Shown: positions 1 to 13,131, counted from the first letter of the stretch. The stretch is DNA of 64,000 nt from Phoronis australis (GCA_002633005.1 NMRA01000445.1:1-64000), one strand, 5' to 3'. Program-made: numbers and translations. The notes: a model not told the origin generated them from the sequence alone.

Positions 1-2869
1 TCTGATGGCATGAGGTTTACTAACCATGGAAACTAAGATATCCAGCTGTGAATAGAACTAAACATTCCACCACTACAGCACTGCAGTGTTGTCAATAGAG
101 GAAATATTGCAACTGGTGTTTTATAGCCCACACAAGCCAACTAGTGATAATTGATGGGGTCAGATTACACTTTCCCATAGATTGTTTCTTTTATGTTTGA
201 AAATCAGGTTCTTTTATGTCAAGATATACGATGAGACTCAGTGTTCAGCACAAGCCAGTAATTGTACAAGCTGAAAAAAGTTTACATTTTACTTGCTCTA
301 TTCTTGTACCAGCCACCGTAAGTAAAATTTACGGTATACTCAACTCCACAACTTCACAAGGTTCATAAGGTACCTTCTCTTTTATCAGAAGATTTGCACC
401 TCCAGGGCCCATCAGCCCACTGGTTGATCAGTGCTCACCCTAGCCAAAGGTGCTTCTTTCCCTTTACAAAAGCAAAACTTGGGACTCGAACACAAAATAT
501 TCGGGAGGGAAGGCTAGTTTGATCAAATGCACTGCTCGAAATTCATGGCAGTACCGCGCAAAAGTCTTGTTATCTCACTTCAGGAGTACTCAACTACATT
601 TTTGATGTGGGTGGGACCCAATGAACAGTCAAACTTTTGTACGTCACTTTGTTCCAGATACGTTATGAGTTTAACTTCTCAGGATTCTAGAACTCTCTAA
701 TAACAGTTGACGAAACATCCCACTTTTACAAAATTGTTTCATGTCTGAATTAAATAAAATTTTGATTACCAAACTTCTTACATACTGAACACTTCATTTT
801 GCACATGGTTTTAGAAGAAATCCCGCCATCTTATCTTACTGTGTCTCCGACAACCTAATCTACTCTGTGTTGCAAATGAACGAAAAAGGTAACCAAGACC
901 CAAAAATCAAATGCCAGCCTAGCCGACATTTAGATGGGAGTTACCATGGCCCTATAATGCATTGCCAGCACGGAGGTAGGATAGGTCAACAGGAACATGC
1001 ACGGATCATAGCTAGTGCACATGAACCAAACCCTACTTTCACTTCTCCCAGATGTGTTGTGAAAACTAGGAAGTAGGATTCCCCCTAACTTTCGAGTTCC
1101 TTAATCTACTAGAGTCTTGGTGACCCAATATATATTGTTTCTGAAAGCAATCAGATAACTCCATTTCAATTTACTGTTGAAACAGCACTGGGTTGTCAGC
1201 AAATGCAGAAGTTAACAGTCTATTATGGTTGCAGTTTGGAAAGTTACCTACACCATAGCTCAGCTTGAGGCTACCATCTGGATTAAATTACAATAGGATA
1301 ATATATTAACATAAGCTCTTAATGGAAAAGGCAAATGTCATGTCATATAGCCAACACAAAGGGGCAGGTCTACAATCAGTGTGCAATTTAAGTTATACCA
1401 ATTTCAGTGGTGGAACTAGGACATCATGAGGGGGGCAACATTATGCGATGTCTGCATCCGCCCTCACCCTTTCCCACACACACAACACACACGCCGAAAA
1501 GTTACCCATGATTGGCCGCAACATAATAAATGCCACAATATTTTTGTGTTATTTTTACTATTTATTTTTGTTGTGAATGGCCATGCGAAGGAGACTTGTG
1601 ACCCCTGCCCTTCAAATCCACCACAGATTTAACCGTATTGTGGTATTTTAAGAGGAGGAAACATGACAGAGTTCATGCAGGATTAGTTAAAGCACTCATT
1701 GAAAAACCTAAGATCCATAATTCATAAAACACTTGGTCCTTTTCACAGTGCCTGAGTAGTAACTGCCTCTAGTCACAAAAATAGTATAACTGTAGTCCTG
1801 CTGTCCTCAAGAGACATCAGGTGTTATCAAGAAATTTGATATATCATAAGCAAGATCCTGTTGAGAGTAGTAGAGCAATTACTATAGGCTTCACAGCAAT
1901 GAGACACTGGCTTAAGATAAATCGATATCAACCAGGCTAAAACAGGTAATTTTTAGAACCCTATATGGCTTCTGATACTGAATTCCTCGTAAAAGGTAAA
2001 GTGAGGATCATTTTTACATGAAGAAATACAACAAAAATTAACTAAAGCAGAAGCATTAGGTTTTGAACTCTGATACCCCTTGATGAATGGTTTTATTGAA
2101 CTGTGGTACATAGCTGGACTGAGAGTCAGAATGCTTGACGGTGAACTAGATTAAAATCTGGAGTCCAGACCCTGGACTAGCATTGTCCCCTGGAGCTAAA
2201 ACCAAATGGAAGGACACTTGAAAAAAGTCAAAATTTGATTCTTGTTTGACATGTTAATTAATGTTTTCCACAAATACAAGTACAATACCACACGTTTCAA
2301 TTTTAACATCATTGTTAACTGCATGAAAAACACGGGAGCTGTTCAATTTGATTGATATCTCAGATTTTGTAAGAGACCTAATGTTGTAAATTGGGACTAA
2401 AAGAATCAAATCAAAATGGATCTCGGCATATCGATATCGAAGTTGGTCACTGTCGCACCGTGATTTAATTACAATTCAATTACCCTTACAAACCTTACCC
2501 GGCAAAGCTAAAGTTTCGCAAGAACACGTGAGAAAACTTCTTCGAAAGATTTTTAAATAGCCCACCCAAACAGGATACAAACATTTGTATTGAACAATTG
2601 ACTTCTGACTGGTGCCCAAAACTGAGTACCCCGAGGTGATCCACTACCTCTGTACACTATTGTACTAGTTACAGCATCGTGAGTTCATACATCTATTACA
2701 TTAAAACATCACCAATATACACTAGGAATAAGGATTTACTGGATTCAGCATGACAGCATGTGTACACACCAGGACCAACATAAACTGTTACACGGTTATT
2801 GGCTTGGTCCTACACAGTACACTAGAATAACATTCGTCAGGAGAGACGGAAAACAATAGGCCTACTTAC

Positions 2870-3019
2870 CGCAAAAAACACGGCATATATCAGTAAAGCC
2901 CATTTGCTACAAGTAAATGTGTCGCATCCACATATCGTTTTTTTATACTTCTTTTCGGGTTTCCGTTGAATTGTCGGCTCAGGCGTTGAGTTGTTAGCAA
3001 GTGCCTGTCTCTCGTCCAT
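2870..3019 (-). CDS. First coding exon of a probable tetraspanin (rest of gene lies beyond the left window edge)
   Basis: ATG at 3019; 50 codons MDERQ...CGCDTFTCSKWALLIYAVFFA then GTAAGT donor (phase 0). Juxtamembrane Cys followed by KW/KY-LL-hydrophobic TM1 split at phase 0 is typical of tetraspanins. No second exon found in 1-2869. Confidence 0.55.
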
Positions 3020-3103
3020 GTTTTGTCTTGTGTCGTGAAGCTGTGAGAAGACTACAATGTGGTAGTTCGGTCTTCACCGAGTGTTTACGGATATTGATTA
3101 CAG

Positions 3104-3123
3104 GTCACGTGGCTGTCATGTGA
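3104..3123. promoter_or_regulatory. CLEAR/E-box (GTCACGTGGC) and M-box (GTCATGTGA) in a 132-bp bidirectional promoter
   Basis: Motifs read directly at 3104-3113 and 3115-3123, between divergent ATGs at 3019 (-) and 3152 (+); they match MiT/TFE binding consensus. Confidence 0.6.
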
Positions 3124-3151
3124 GAAAACTAGTTCAAGAGAAGACGGGAAG

Positions 3152-3221
3152 ATGCGTTGCCATATTCAAAACGTGTTATTGGTTTTCTTTGTGCTAATTT
3201 ATGCGTGTGTGAACAGCTATG
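3152..3221 (+). CDS. Saposin-like gene exon 1 (signal peptide)
   Basis: MRCHIQNVLLVFFVLIYACVNSY-G then GTAAGT, phase 1. Confidence 0.8.
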
Positions 3222-6200
3222 GTAAGTATTCTACAGGATTATGTTAGACCAGGAACTTTTGCGTTTTATTTCAACTGCATCTTGTTGAATCATGTGCATT
3301 CGTTGTTGTAATTTAGATGCACACCGCGCTCCTTTTATGCCGGTCAGTTTGACTGATTTTCCAAGAAAATTCAATATGTATTGTAGGCCTATGTTGTAAG
3401 ATCAAGAGGATTGTGGTCACTGGTGTGTTTAAAAGTCGCCTGGTGACCTGTACACATAACACATTATTGACATATCACATTGATGCATAACATTGTAACC
3501 AGTACTGGTTCCTAGATTGTAATAACCAACTTTTAAGTCGTTTTGAAATCTTTGCTAGGTTAGCTAGGCAATGCCAATTAACTTCCTCTTGTGACCTATT
3601 CCCTAGATCTTGCGACTCTGAGATTTCATGCGATAGTTTGCACTGTGAATTTCCATTTGACTGCTTGACGGAGTTTTGATGGAGTGTTGGAGTTATCAAA
3701 TCAAGCCTAATTGCTCTTCATTTTCTCTTTGTCATGCTGTGATGCACTGTCACTAACCTCGTCACTGGTCGGATATATGGTCTCTGATTTTGCGAACCAG
3801 GCAATCACTGAATAACACGCCCTTTATTCAGTGGATGAAACTGATTCTCAAAATCATGGACTCATCAGATATCTCTGACTAGCTCCAGTTACCTCCGTGG
3901 AGCTCAGCTTCACGGTTGAATCATAGATGAGTAGTTAGTTTGATATATGTGCTCAGTGAAGGTCATAAGACCTGCATGCAAAATAATAACATGAGGTACT
4001 TCTTTCTTCCCCGCTGCACTGGACAATAGCACCATCTCAGCTGCTACCAACAGTGGCCATCCCATAGGGCCTGCATACACTTGAAGCTTTTTGGCAAATT
4101 ATGCCTCACAAAGTCTATAAATACCGTTTGCACATAGAGGAATGCCTTAGGAGGCCTTTGCGCTTCCAGCTCGAACAAATACTCCCACAGTCAAGCAGTT
4201 CTTTGTTCAGTTCCCCAAGTCGGCTATTTTTACATTGCTGGTGCCAGGGAGCATGACATCATGCGATTAATTCCACGAACGGTCCTGTCCCCAAAAAATT
4301 CATGAATACTGCAAAGTTATGTTAGCAGTGAAATTAACACTACAGAATCAGTGCAGTTCAAGACACGGGCCAGCAACACATTGGGCCCTCAAGTGCATTT
4401 CCCGACTAGTTAAGCTTATATTAGATACTTATCATAGGGTCTGGACTTTTGTGAGGAGTTTACTCTGTTTGAGGATATGGGAACAGAGATGTGTGTCAGT
4501 GATAACTCCTACCTGTTCCTTGCAACATTCTTTCCCAGGGCGTCTGATCTTGAAAATAAAATGGGGAACCTATCGTTCTCTACTTTCCGGCTTTAGCGCC
4601 AAATACACGTTTAAACAATCGGCTGGAATAAGTCACATGAAAAAAACGCTAAGAATCGGGTATAATAATTCTCATAAAAAAACACTTGCATCATGCCACT
4701 TGTTCATTGCAGAAATTGCATCCTTTCAGCACTTCAGATTACAATATTGAATGTTCAGCTCATGTTGATATTTGAGTCTTTCTTAACATTTTAATCAAGT
4801 GTGAAAGGATCTTAAAAGCTGGATTAATACAGCCTTGAAGATGGAAAAGTGGCATTAGCTTTTCTTTGCGTAATCTAGAGAGAGGGAGGGAGGGAGGGAG
4901 GGAGAGAAACTTATTATAAAACATACATTGGTATATGACTGGGTGGCCAGCAAAGGCACGCACGGCTAATAGCTGACCACCGAGTGACAATAAATTAAAT
5001 GGATATTTACAATTAAGAATAACAATATAAATAAAAACAGAAATAAGTACATCTACAATGAAATACGAGTATATTTAGGCATGCTGTGGAATCCGTTTTT
5101 GTTTGTTGTGTCAATATTTATTCCAACCAATATAAAGCGTTGTCATGAGCAAATTATGTGCCTTCAGTTGTTAAAATTTATTCTTCCATGAACATTATTT
5201 CAGGGGCTCCACTCAGCCATGAACCGCCGCAACATGAGAAAGTTGGGAAGGATGTAAGTAACATTCCTTTTTGATTTAGTAAACCTTGTTTCTTTGAAAT
5301 GAATTACATCTTGAAAACAAAAATTAATTCTTGATACAAAACATTACGCATGTACCATCGAACTTACGAAACCATGGTTGTTGCTGGTAAGTAATAAAGG
5401 CTTCCTAAAAACAGTTTGAAGAGGCTGGATATATTTTAGAATACGCTAATTACAATAAGTTAATTATAGTTTGTATAACTAGGGATCTTCTGGTCTCTAG
5501 AGCATTTCATACGTAAAATATTGGAATTAGTAGCCTCAAAGTTGTGCATAGGTCTTTTGTGTTCTCAGCTGTCTATCCTCCAAACTGCTTGAAAAATCAC
5601 GATGAAGGGTGAAGAGAGCTTTTCTGACATATTGATTGATTTGCGCCCCCTAGAGGCTGTGTTTGGTAGGAATATGTTTTGTTGTGTCTGCACTGTATGC
5701 GATGTACACAGGGGCATGTCAACAATCCCTCCGCAGTACGCTTGCTAATGTTACCATCAGTAGAATTCGCATCCCTGGTTATTTTACAGAGACATTTTCC
5801 TGTGTTTATTGAAGTATGCCTAGAAAATGACATCAATAGTGGGACAAAGAGCTCACATCTAGATTCTGCACTGCACTCAGTTCTGTTAAAGAAAAAACGA
5901 ATGACCCGCACAAAATTTGTTTAATGCATAGTAGGGGACATTGTTTCCTGAATGGAGAATTAAGACGAAGGCCCAGTGTCGGGCCATTCACATCATTTTC
6001 TATCGTACTTTGCATAGCTAATACACGCACAGGGATGTTTCATTTGTGTCTATTACCTGTTCGTAATTAAATCTTCTCAATTGCAGGGACTAGTGTGCTA
6101 TGGTTGTAAGACCCTTATTGGTGTGATGAAGGACCGACTCAGCAAAAATGAAACATGGCAGTTACTGAAACGGAAACTTCAGAAGGACTGCATGATTCTT

Positions 6201-9200
6201 TCATCCAATAACACACAGTTGGTCAGTATGGACAACATTATATGCACCCGCATAATGGGTATGTGGGTGCATTATCCAATCATCCACGTCCGTTTGTGCG
6301 TCTACTTTAATTGTATCTCCGTAGGTGCGGACGTGATTGTGTTATGAATGAGGGAATTTCTAGTCAGACAGATTCAACTACCGCTGAGCCCCCTAGTGGC
6401 ATTTTCTGCTGTTTTTGCATTAGCCTCCATATTTTCATAGTTCCATGTTAGATTTTTGTGAAATTTGGCCTTTGGTTTGTATTAGGAAATGACGACACCA
6501 CCCCACTTTGATGTGGATTGAATTTAGTCTGTGGCTCTGGTGACCATTTTTTATTTTTGTATCATCTGTCTGTTGGCATCCACCTCTCAAACAGCTTGAG
6601 GGATCATTACGAAATTTCTTAGATGTGTTCCTATTGAAATGAGCAAATCTGATTTTCAGACAGGTTGCGCCCTCTAGTGGTAATCTAGCTTTCCTTTACG
6701 TATACCCATATATTCACCTTGTTCTTTGATGGATTTTCATGAAGTTTGACAAAAAGGTTTCTATTAAACAACACATTTCTATTTTGTTAGATTCAATGCG
6801 GCCATTTTACTATGCTTGTGTTGTGCATTTTTATTTTGTGGATTGCAGCAGTTGCTGTTCTTTTATTGAGTACATCCTGTCTTCCTTCTTTAGGCTTGAT
6901 AGGCCATTACAGTACACTAAGATTAAGGCCTGCATATCTACCACACCCCCCTCCCCCTCCCCCACGCCATCATGCAGATCTTATTTCCCTCAGAAGTCAG
7001 AAAAATCAGGTGTGAATGGCCAGAATTTTTCAGAATCATTGTCTGGTGGTCGCTATGACACAGATTATTAAAAATAATACAGCAGTCTCATCCTTCATCT
7101 GAATTCCTACTGAACCTTGCAATTGATGCTATTTTGGCAGAGACATTTTAAGTCCAGTTCCATCAGCTTAATTAAAAGTGTTTGGAATGTAAAGCTAGCT
7201 TCTACTTTTAATTTCAAATTTTTCAATTAAGGGAGCCTGCTAGTGTTATAGACAGTACGAGTTATCCAAGGCACCTAAACTTCACGGTCAACTGACTCAT
7301 AAACACGACTCACGGGCCTGCAAACACCGTCCACTGACTCACAAACACGGGAATGGACTCACAAAACACGATCCACGCACCCAAATACACGGGACACGGA
7401 CTCATATTCACGAGGAAACACGGTTAACGGACCGCCAAACACGGTTTACGGACAAAATGAAGATGTCAGGTGACCTAGGAAGCCGATGAGTCCGTGACCC
7501 GTGTTTGGCGGTCCGTTAACCGTGTTTCCTCGTGTATACGAGTCTGTGTCCCATGTATTTGGGTGCGTGGATCGTGTTTTGTGAGTCCGTTCCCGTGTTT
7601 GTGAGTCACTGGACGGTGTTTGCAGGTCCGTGAGTCGTGTTCATGCATCCGTGCCCCGTGTTCATGAGTCCGTTGACCGTGTAGTTTAGGTACCTTGTTA
7701 TCCATTCGCAAGCGAAAATGGATGAATGATTTGTCGTTCATACACAAAATGTACCAAGAGTGGCGTACATGAAGTAATATCCCACTCGACATTATTCTGC
7801 ATATTTGTATTTATCCCATACGCTTCGAATTCCTTAGTTTCTTTCATTTTTTACACAGATTTTTTAAATGCTTCACTCAGACTGCTCACATGGCGGATCA
7901 CATCCTATATGTATGTACTTGCGCGTTAGGCTGCAAGTTTTCTCTAGTAAAAGAAACAGTTTTAAATGTGACGAATTTTTACCATGAAAAGAGATAACAA
8001 AGATGAAAACAAATGTAACTTTTCATTTGTAACACCTGAAAATAGTTAAATAACAACAATATTTGATTTTGTAGTTATCGAGGAATCGGCACCTGAGTTG
8101 CAGACGATAAAATATTTAGCAAATGAAAACTGAGACAGAACTGTCATATAACTAACAATTCTGTTCCACATGTTACAATTGCGACCTGATTGTATTTTGA
8201 TCGTTATTGACACTGCTATAAGTGCATTACTTTAAACTATTTTCCAAAAGTTTGGTGATCGAACCTGCTAACAACATCGAGTGCACATTCACCTACCTTT
8301 TAAACTTTCCATGTCAGAGGTCACTGTTGAAGTAGTGCGGGAGGTAAATACGGAAAACTTTATTACATGGCTGTATTTCCCTCGACAGGTTCAACGCGCG
8401 TGGAATAAATGGTCTTATTCACAGTGCAGGATAAGCATTCGGTTTTATGTATATTCACCGTATGATCAAAAAACTAAAAATTAAGACGCATTACAAAACA
8501 TGGCCAGTTAATAGAAAGCAACGTTTCTTAAAAGGCCGGATGTTAGCAGTTTACCAAACCTTGGCCATAAAGGGAATATATATATAGAACGTGATTGTCA
8601 TTTTTGTATACATTTGTATTGACTGATTGTTTTCAGTGTTCTTCAGTGGTACCTGTCCTCATGGATTTTCTCCACTCAGTGTTGACTCTCAACAGCTCTG
8701 CCATTTGCCAACAACTAACCTTGTGTCCAAAATCAGGTAAGTGTCACCAATAGAGAGTTTCTGTAAAGTTTCAGTATTGTTTGAAAGTTTGGTTGAATTT
8801 TTTGTTCAGTTCTGTAGCATTTTTCTTCATGTGAGTCTTAGTTTAGAAGACGTTATAGCGCCTAGCCCTAATTGTTTACTCTCATGTGACCTGCAATGTG
8901 TTACGACACGACTGCTTAATAACATCGAGTACGTAATTATTTTGATATTACATGGGTTAATCACAAAGTAGTGCAAAGTTGAAATCCATAAGCCTTACAT
9001 TTTATTGTCTGCAAAATGCTGAAACAACCAAACGCATGGCAACCAAACAGTGCCGGAGTTCCGTGAAGGTGACAAGGTTATAATTGCCAAATTGGTTGTC
9101 GCAACTGTACTTACTCCCAGTCGGAAGGACATGCAAACAACTTCTTAAACGGACCCATCTTCGGTGGCGAATTCCATGTCTACGTTCATTCAAACGGAGA

Positions 9201-12200
9201 CGAACCCCCAACTCAAGAAAGGCGGTGAAACTGTCTAGCTGTGCTGTCTCAAGGTCAATTCAGTACTCAGGCACGGGGAAGCCCTGCTGACTGTTATTTA
9301 TAAACACTCGTTAATTTTTAACATTACAACTTCAAAGACCATTTATTAGATTCTAATTTGAATATTGTTAAGAAAGCTGAATGCAATTTACAATTGTTAA
9401 GTTTAAAATGAAACGATTAACAAAAAGTAACTGAGTTTACTTTACATAGCGCAAGCGTGTTTTTACAAAATTGGCGTCATGTGGTTGAAAGTTTTAGACA
9501 CGTAGAGTTTTTCGGCAAAAGAGATTGTTTTTACAGTTTATGTGAGAAAACAGCCGAGGGATTTTGACGAAATTTCCAAGAGGTTTTGCCCATGTCTTAA
9601 ACCTGAGGATGAGTGTAGGATTTTCTATTTTGCAATTGGAATTTGAAACAATTTTGACTATAGGTACGTGAAGCAACATCCTGTTGAGATTTAGCCAGAC
9701 GGGGAATGGGTTCTAGTTGTCTGAATGGTTAATCAAGTTGCAGTTTTGTGCGACGAAACTTCAACAAATTTCAATGTTGTCCAGCATTACTTGTCCATGT
9801 CCATGATTTTGATCTGTGAACAGCATGACGAGTATAGTTCTCTTAACAATTTGACCGTGCAGCTCTAAATGTAAAATAAAAACCTTTTCAAAGTGTTGAA
9901 TCAATTATATTTTTGTCTGATGACTCAACAAATGTGTACATCAAGTTAATTTTGTAAATTAAGATACTTACATAACCACAAATGCTGATTAGAGTGAAAT
10001 CTGAAAAGTAGGGTTGACTTTTCTCTCTGTAATTACTTTTTGTAATCCACCTTGAACAAAATCACTCCTGGCTCAGACTTAAATTACACATGCATACATT
10101 CCGCCATCAACAAACTAATTCTCAGTTGATTTTGCATATATCATGTCAGCAGCCTTCTACATCAAAGAAAGATTGACCAACCATTTTGTGCTACTTTTGT
10201 GCAGAATTCTGTTTGAAATTTTTGGCCCACATGTTTGACCTACTTTTATGCTTTCACTTTGTCACGTAGGGGCCATGAGCACGCTATGTGTTCATTAAAA
10301 GCTTATGTCTGAACGAATTCTTTAGCTACCTTAAACTGTGTAGTCTATTTGAACTTCTCTGTGATTTTTATCATTTTGTAAACTTATCCTGAGAGCTTTT
10401 TATTTGTTTCCTTTCAGTTTACGTTGAGGCTGTACTCAGTTTGGGGTCTCACTGTGTTGGCCTTTGAACTCTGTGACTATGAAGTAATGATTCCTTACTA
10501 ATTATGTTTGAACCTTACAATTATGCACCACCCTTAACTATATAACTACTTATATTTCAGGGTTTGAGAGCACTTCTCTTAAGTCACCGCTTTCCGAATC
10601 TGTGATGGGAATAGTCAGTCATGCATATTATGACGTTGGAAAACCTAACGGATTGCAATGCACATTTTGCAAGTTCCTCGCTGGAGCTATCGACAAGTAC
10701 CTTTTAACGAAAGTGGTAAGATATACCTCAGGGTTTGTGAAAGCAAATATGTCGCACTAGCTTGCGGTATTGCCTAATATTTGGAAACGTTTGATGACCT
10801 CAGTCATGATCAAGCCAATAAAACATGAAGTCGAGTGTCACAAGCTCTACACGTTCGCATCGTCTGAGGCCAGATTCGTGTTACACATTACTGAAACAAA
10901 CGGGCAGATTGGAAAATTTTAGCCATGAGGAATCCGATGATGTCGTGTCCCCATGAGTCATAATCAGGTGATTAGTGTAATGAGTCCGGCCTTGTGGCCT
11001 AAACACGCCTGATGTACTGCAAGACATCTCAATATTGCCCTAGAGGTCTTCTGCTGTCTTGTAAAACAATTATTTTCCTGCTCCCATCTTGTAATATTTC
11101 ACTGTGACGGACCAAAATTTGGGATTTTTTACCACTTGTAATGTGGTTGCAATGGGTGTAATTGCTGTCTGGTGTCTGGTTCCTCTATCTCCTAAAAGCG
11201 GCTTGCAGATTGCTATCTCTTGCTGCCTGTAGAATGTTTATAAAAAGAAATTGAATGCAAAATTGATAAAAAACTAGTTATGTCGATTATTTTACTAATG
11301 CGTTTGACCGGCACTGTTCTTGTTCTCTTTAGATTTGTACACGATCATGTTATATGTTGTTTGGTGATGTGCATACATATGGTGGATGATATCTAGAAAA
11401 TCAAGTGATAGATTTCAATGAAACTTCCCAAAGATAATTTACAACGATGTGCCGGCGCCAATCAATGTTAAGATGGATTTAGTCGACCACTCCTGCACCA
11501 TCTAGTGGTCATTTTGTCCGGTTGTCTTGTTGTCCAGTTGTATGTCTATATGTTAGCAGCTTTACAAGTAACTTAAAAGAAAGCCTCGAGATTTTGCCGT
11601 AAGAGATTGGGTTAGAAATTCTACAATAACTGAAGGGATATCTTAATTGACAGAGGTTTTGCAGTAATTGACGAGATTGTCCCAAGTGTCAGAGATTTTA
11701 CGATACGGTAATTGAAGAGATAATTCTAAGCATTTGAAGTTCACAATAACTGTAATTCAGTTTTCTTTGCACCCTTCTCTATACTGAAAGTTGCTGTTTG
11801 TTTTTCCTTGTAGGACAGCGTAGCTAACTACGTTCAGGATGTCTGTAAAAAACTTCCTGAGCCAGCTTCTCAAGACGTAAGTACTAGAATCTTGTTTACA
11901 CATCTAAATTTCTTAAAGCCATGAAATATGTTAATTTGATATTTTTGTTTTACTCACGGATGAGTCAAGCAAAAGTCGCTTTCATGCTTTCGCAATGCTA
12001 AAGAGTTTTATGTTGCTTATTGGGCCTGTGTCTCAGTGCATGTATGTTGTCTATAGGGCCTGTGTCTCAGTGAGTGTGTGTACCCTATTGGACCTGTGTC
12101 TCAGTGGGTGTGTGTTCCCTATTGGGTCTGTGTCTCAGTGGGTGTGTGTTCCCTATTGGGTCTGTGTCTCAGTGGGTGTGTGTTCCCTATTGGACCTGTG

Positions 12201-12676
12201 TCTCAGTGGGTGTGTGTTCCCTATTGGGTCTGTGTCTCAGTGGGTGGGTGTTCCCTATTGGGTCTGTGTCTCAGTGGGTGTGATGCTGGATGAAAGACTG
12301 CTGGGTACGCTTAAAGCTAAACCAGAATGGTAACAACATTTTGTTGGGAAAATTCACTTAGTGTGAGGAAATGTTTATTACGTAACCAACTTGTGGAGTC
12401 ATGATTTTTGCTAATCGTTTTCAGTGTACACAGTTCATCAGTGCCCTTAATCTCACCAAGACTATACCTTTAGTCATCACCACAGTGCTGAATCCTGAAG
12501 ATGTCTGTGAAATTGCTGGTGCTTGTAGTCCAACTCTGTCGCCAGAAGATGTCGCCACAAGCCGTATGATGTCAGCTGTGAGCATGCTGCTGAAGCAGCA
12601 CTTGCCAGATAGCCAGGTTGACAAGATGAATAAGAATTTGAAAATGAAAAAGAAGTCATTCTCTAAAGTTTTATAA
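3152..12676 (+). CDS. Saposin-like (prosaposin-family) protein, signal peptide plus two SapB domains, 7 exons, 274 aa
   Basis: Exons 3152-3221, 5204-5253, 6087-6221, 8637-8736, 10561-10715, 11814-11876, 12425-12676 all have AG/GT boundaries and join in frame (825 nt). Two six-Cys SapB patterns: CYGC..DC..C..IC..LC and CTFC..VC..C..VC..AC. Confidence 0.88.
5204..5253 (+). CDS. Saposin-like gene exon 2
   Basis: tttcag / (G)APLSHEPPQHEKVGKD / gtaagt; bridges phase 1 to phase 0. Confidence 0.75.
6087..6221 (+). CDS. Saposin-like gene exon 3 (SapB1 N-half)
   Basis: ttgcag / GLVCYGCKTLIGVMKDRLSKNETWQLLKRKLQKDCMILSSNNTQL / gtcagt; NET sequon at the usual saposin glycan position. Confidence 0.85.
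6236..6900 (+). mobile_element. Decayed Helentron-associated (HINE/DINE-1/pearl-like) repeat
   Basis: Begins with short inverted repeat atgcacccgcata / tatgtgggtgcat, then a cgtccg remnant, then degenerate subunits (gaaatttggc, ccctagtgg) shared with 15430-16580 and 41700-43330. Right end approximate. Confidence 0.45.
7267..7697. mobile_element. Foldback-type MITE with long modular TIRs and 5-bp TSD (TTATC)
   Basis: Termini CAAGGCACCTAAAC ... GTTTAGGTACCTTG; arms of about 190 bp are reverse complements built from about 21-bp AAACACG-containing subrepeats; TTATC at 7262-7266 and 7698-7702. Confidence 0.85.
8637..8736 (+). CDS. Saposin-like gene exon 4 (SapB1 C-half)
   Basis: tttcag / CSSVVPVLMDFLHSVLTLNSSAICQQLTLCPKS / gtaagt. 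Confidence 0.85.
10561..10715 (+). CDS. Saposin-like gene exon 5 (linker and SapB2 start)
   Basis: tttcag / (G)FESTSLK...NGLQCTFCKFLAGAIDKYLLTKV / gtaaga. Confidence 0.85.
11814..11876 (+). CDS. Saposin-like gene exon 6
   Basis: ttgtag / DSVANYVQDVCKKLPEPASQD / gtaagt. Confidence 0.85.
12017..12281. repeat. 34-bp minisatellite, about 8 copies (CCCTATTGGGTCTGTGTCTCAGTGGGTGTGTGTT)
   Basis: Unit starts at 12083, 12117, 12151 and onward; explains the three overlapping repetitive ORFs here. Confidence 0.95.
12425..12676 (+). CDS. Saposin-like gene exon 7 (SapB2 C-half and tail, stop)
   Basis: tttcag / CTQFISALNLTKTIPLVITTVLNPEDVCEIAGACSP...SFSKVL, TAA at 12674-12676. The 3' end of the model is the least certain part. 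Confidence 0.8.
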   Translation, partial: CTQFISALNLTKTIPLVITTVLNPEDVCEIAGACSPTLSPEDVATSRMMSAVSMLLKQHLPDSQVDKMNKNLKMKKKSFSKVL

Positions 12677-12934
12677 GTGGGCTTGTTTGCAAGCTGGGTG
12701 GTATCTGTTATCCTCCAACATTGTGCAATGTTCAGAGAAATGGTAATTTTATGCAAATTGTTGAGGTGTTTACAGCTTCAGAATGGTGTTTCCTGTGTTT
12801 GGAAATCTTTATGTTGGAAAAGTTTGTTACACTATTGTTTAAGAAAATTAGATGAATATTGATTTGCAAAGTACTTTTTTGTTGTTATGCCTACCTTAAA
12901 GAGAAATTATTGCGAGAAAATTTATTTTTTAAAT

Positions 12935-13003
12935 GAACCTCAGTGTGGATTCGAATCTAGACCTTCGCGGTGGCAGGGTAAGACTCAGCTGACTTAGCCA
13001 AGT
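12935..13003 (-). mobile_element. tRNA-derived SINE head (decayed)
   Basis: Minus strand A-box-like TGGCTAAGTCAG and B-box GATTCGAATCC at tRNA-like spacing; no convincing cloverleaf. Confidence 0.45.
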
Positions 13004-13024
13004 CCCTCTTAGTATATGGCAGAC

Positions 13025-13131
13025 TCTTATAAGTGCTTTTAAGCACTTATAAGATATGGGCTAAAATTAAGGCCAGCGACTTTACAAATTAAAATTTGTA
13101 AAGTCGCTGGCCTTAATTTTAGCCCATATCT
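13025..13131. repeat. Two abutting perfect inverted repeats (14-bp arms and 39-bp arms, each with a 2-nt spacer)
   Basis: 13025-13054 TCTTATAAGTGCTT-tt-AAGCACTTATAAGA; 13052-13090 is the exact reverse complement of 13093-13131. Confidence 0.95.

Noticed and set aside
4319-4750. 143-aa ORF in saposin intron 1
   Set aside because: No recognisable motif or splice context; composition looks non-coding.
9040-9290. Gypsy integrase C-terminal remnant (PEFREGDKV...)
   Set aside because: Only a short motif resemblance with stops and frameshifts; cannot be supported without a search.
11995-12333. Cys/Val-rich repetitive ORFs or a CRISPR-like array
   Set aside because: Head-to-tail 34-bp minisatellite without unique spacers, inside an intron of a eukaryotic gene.
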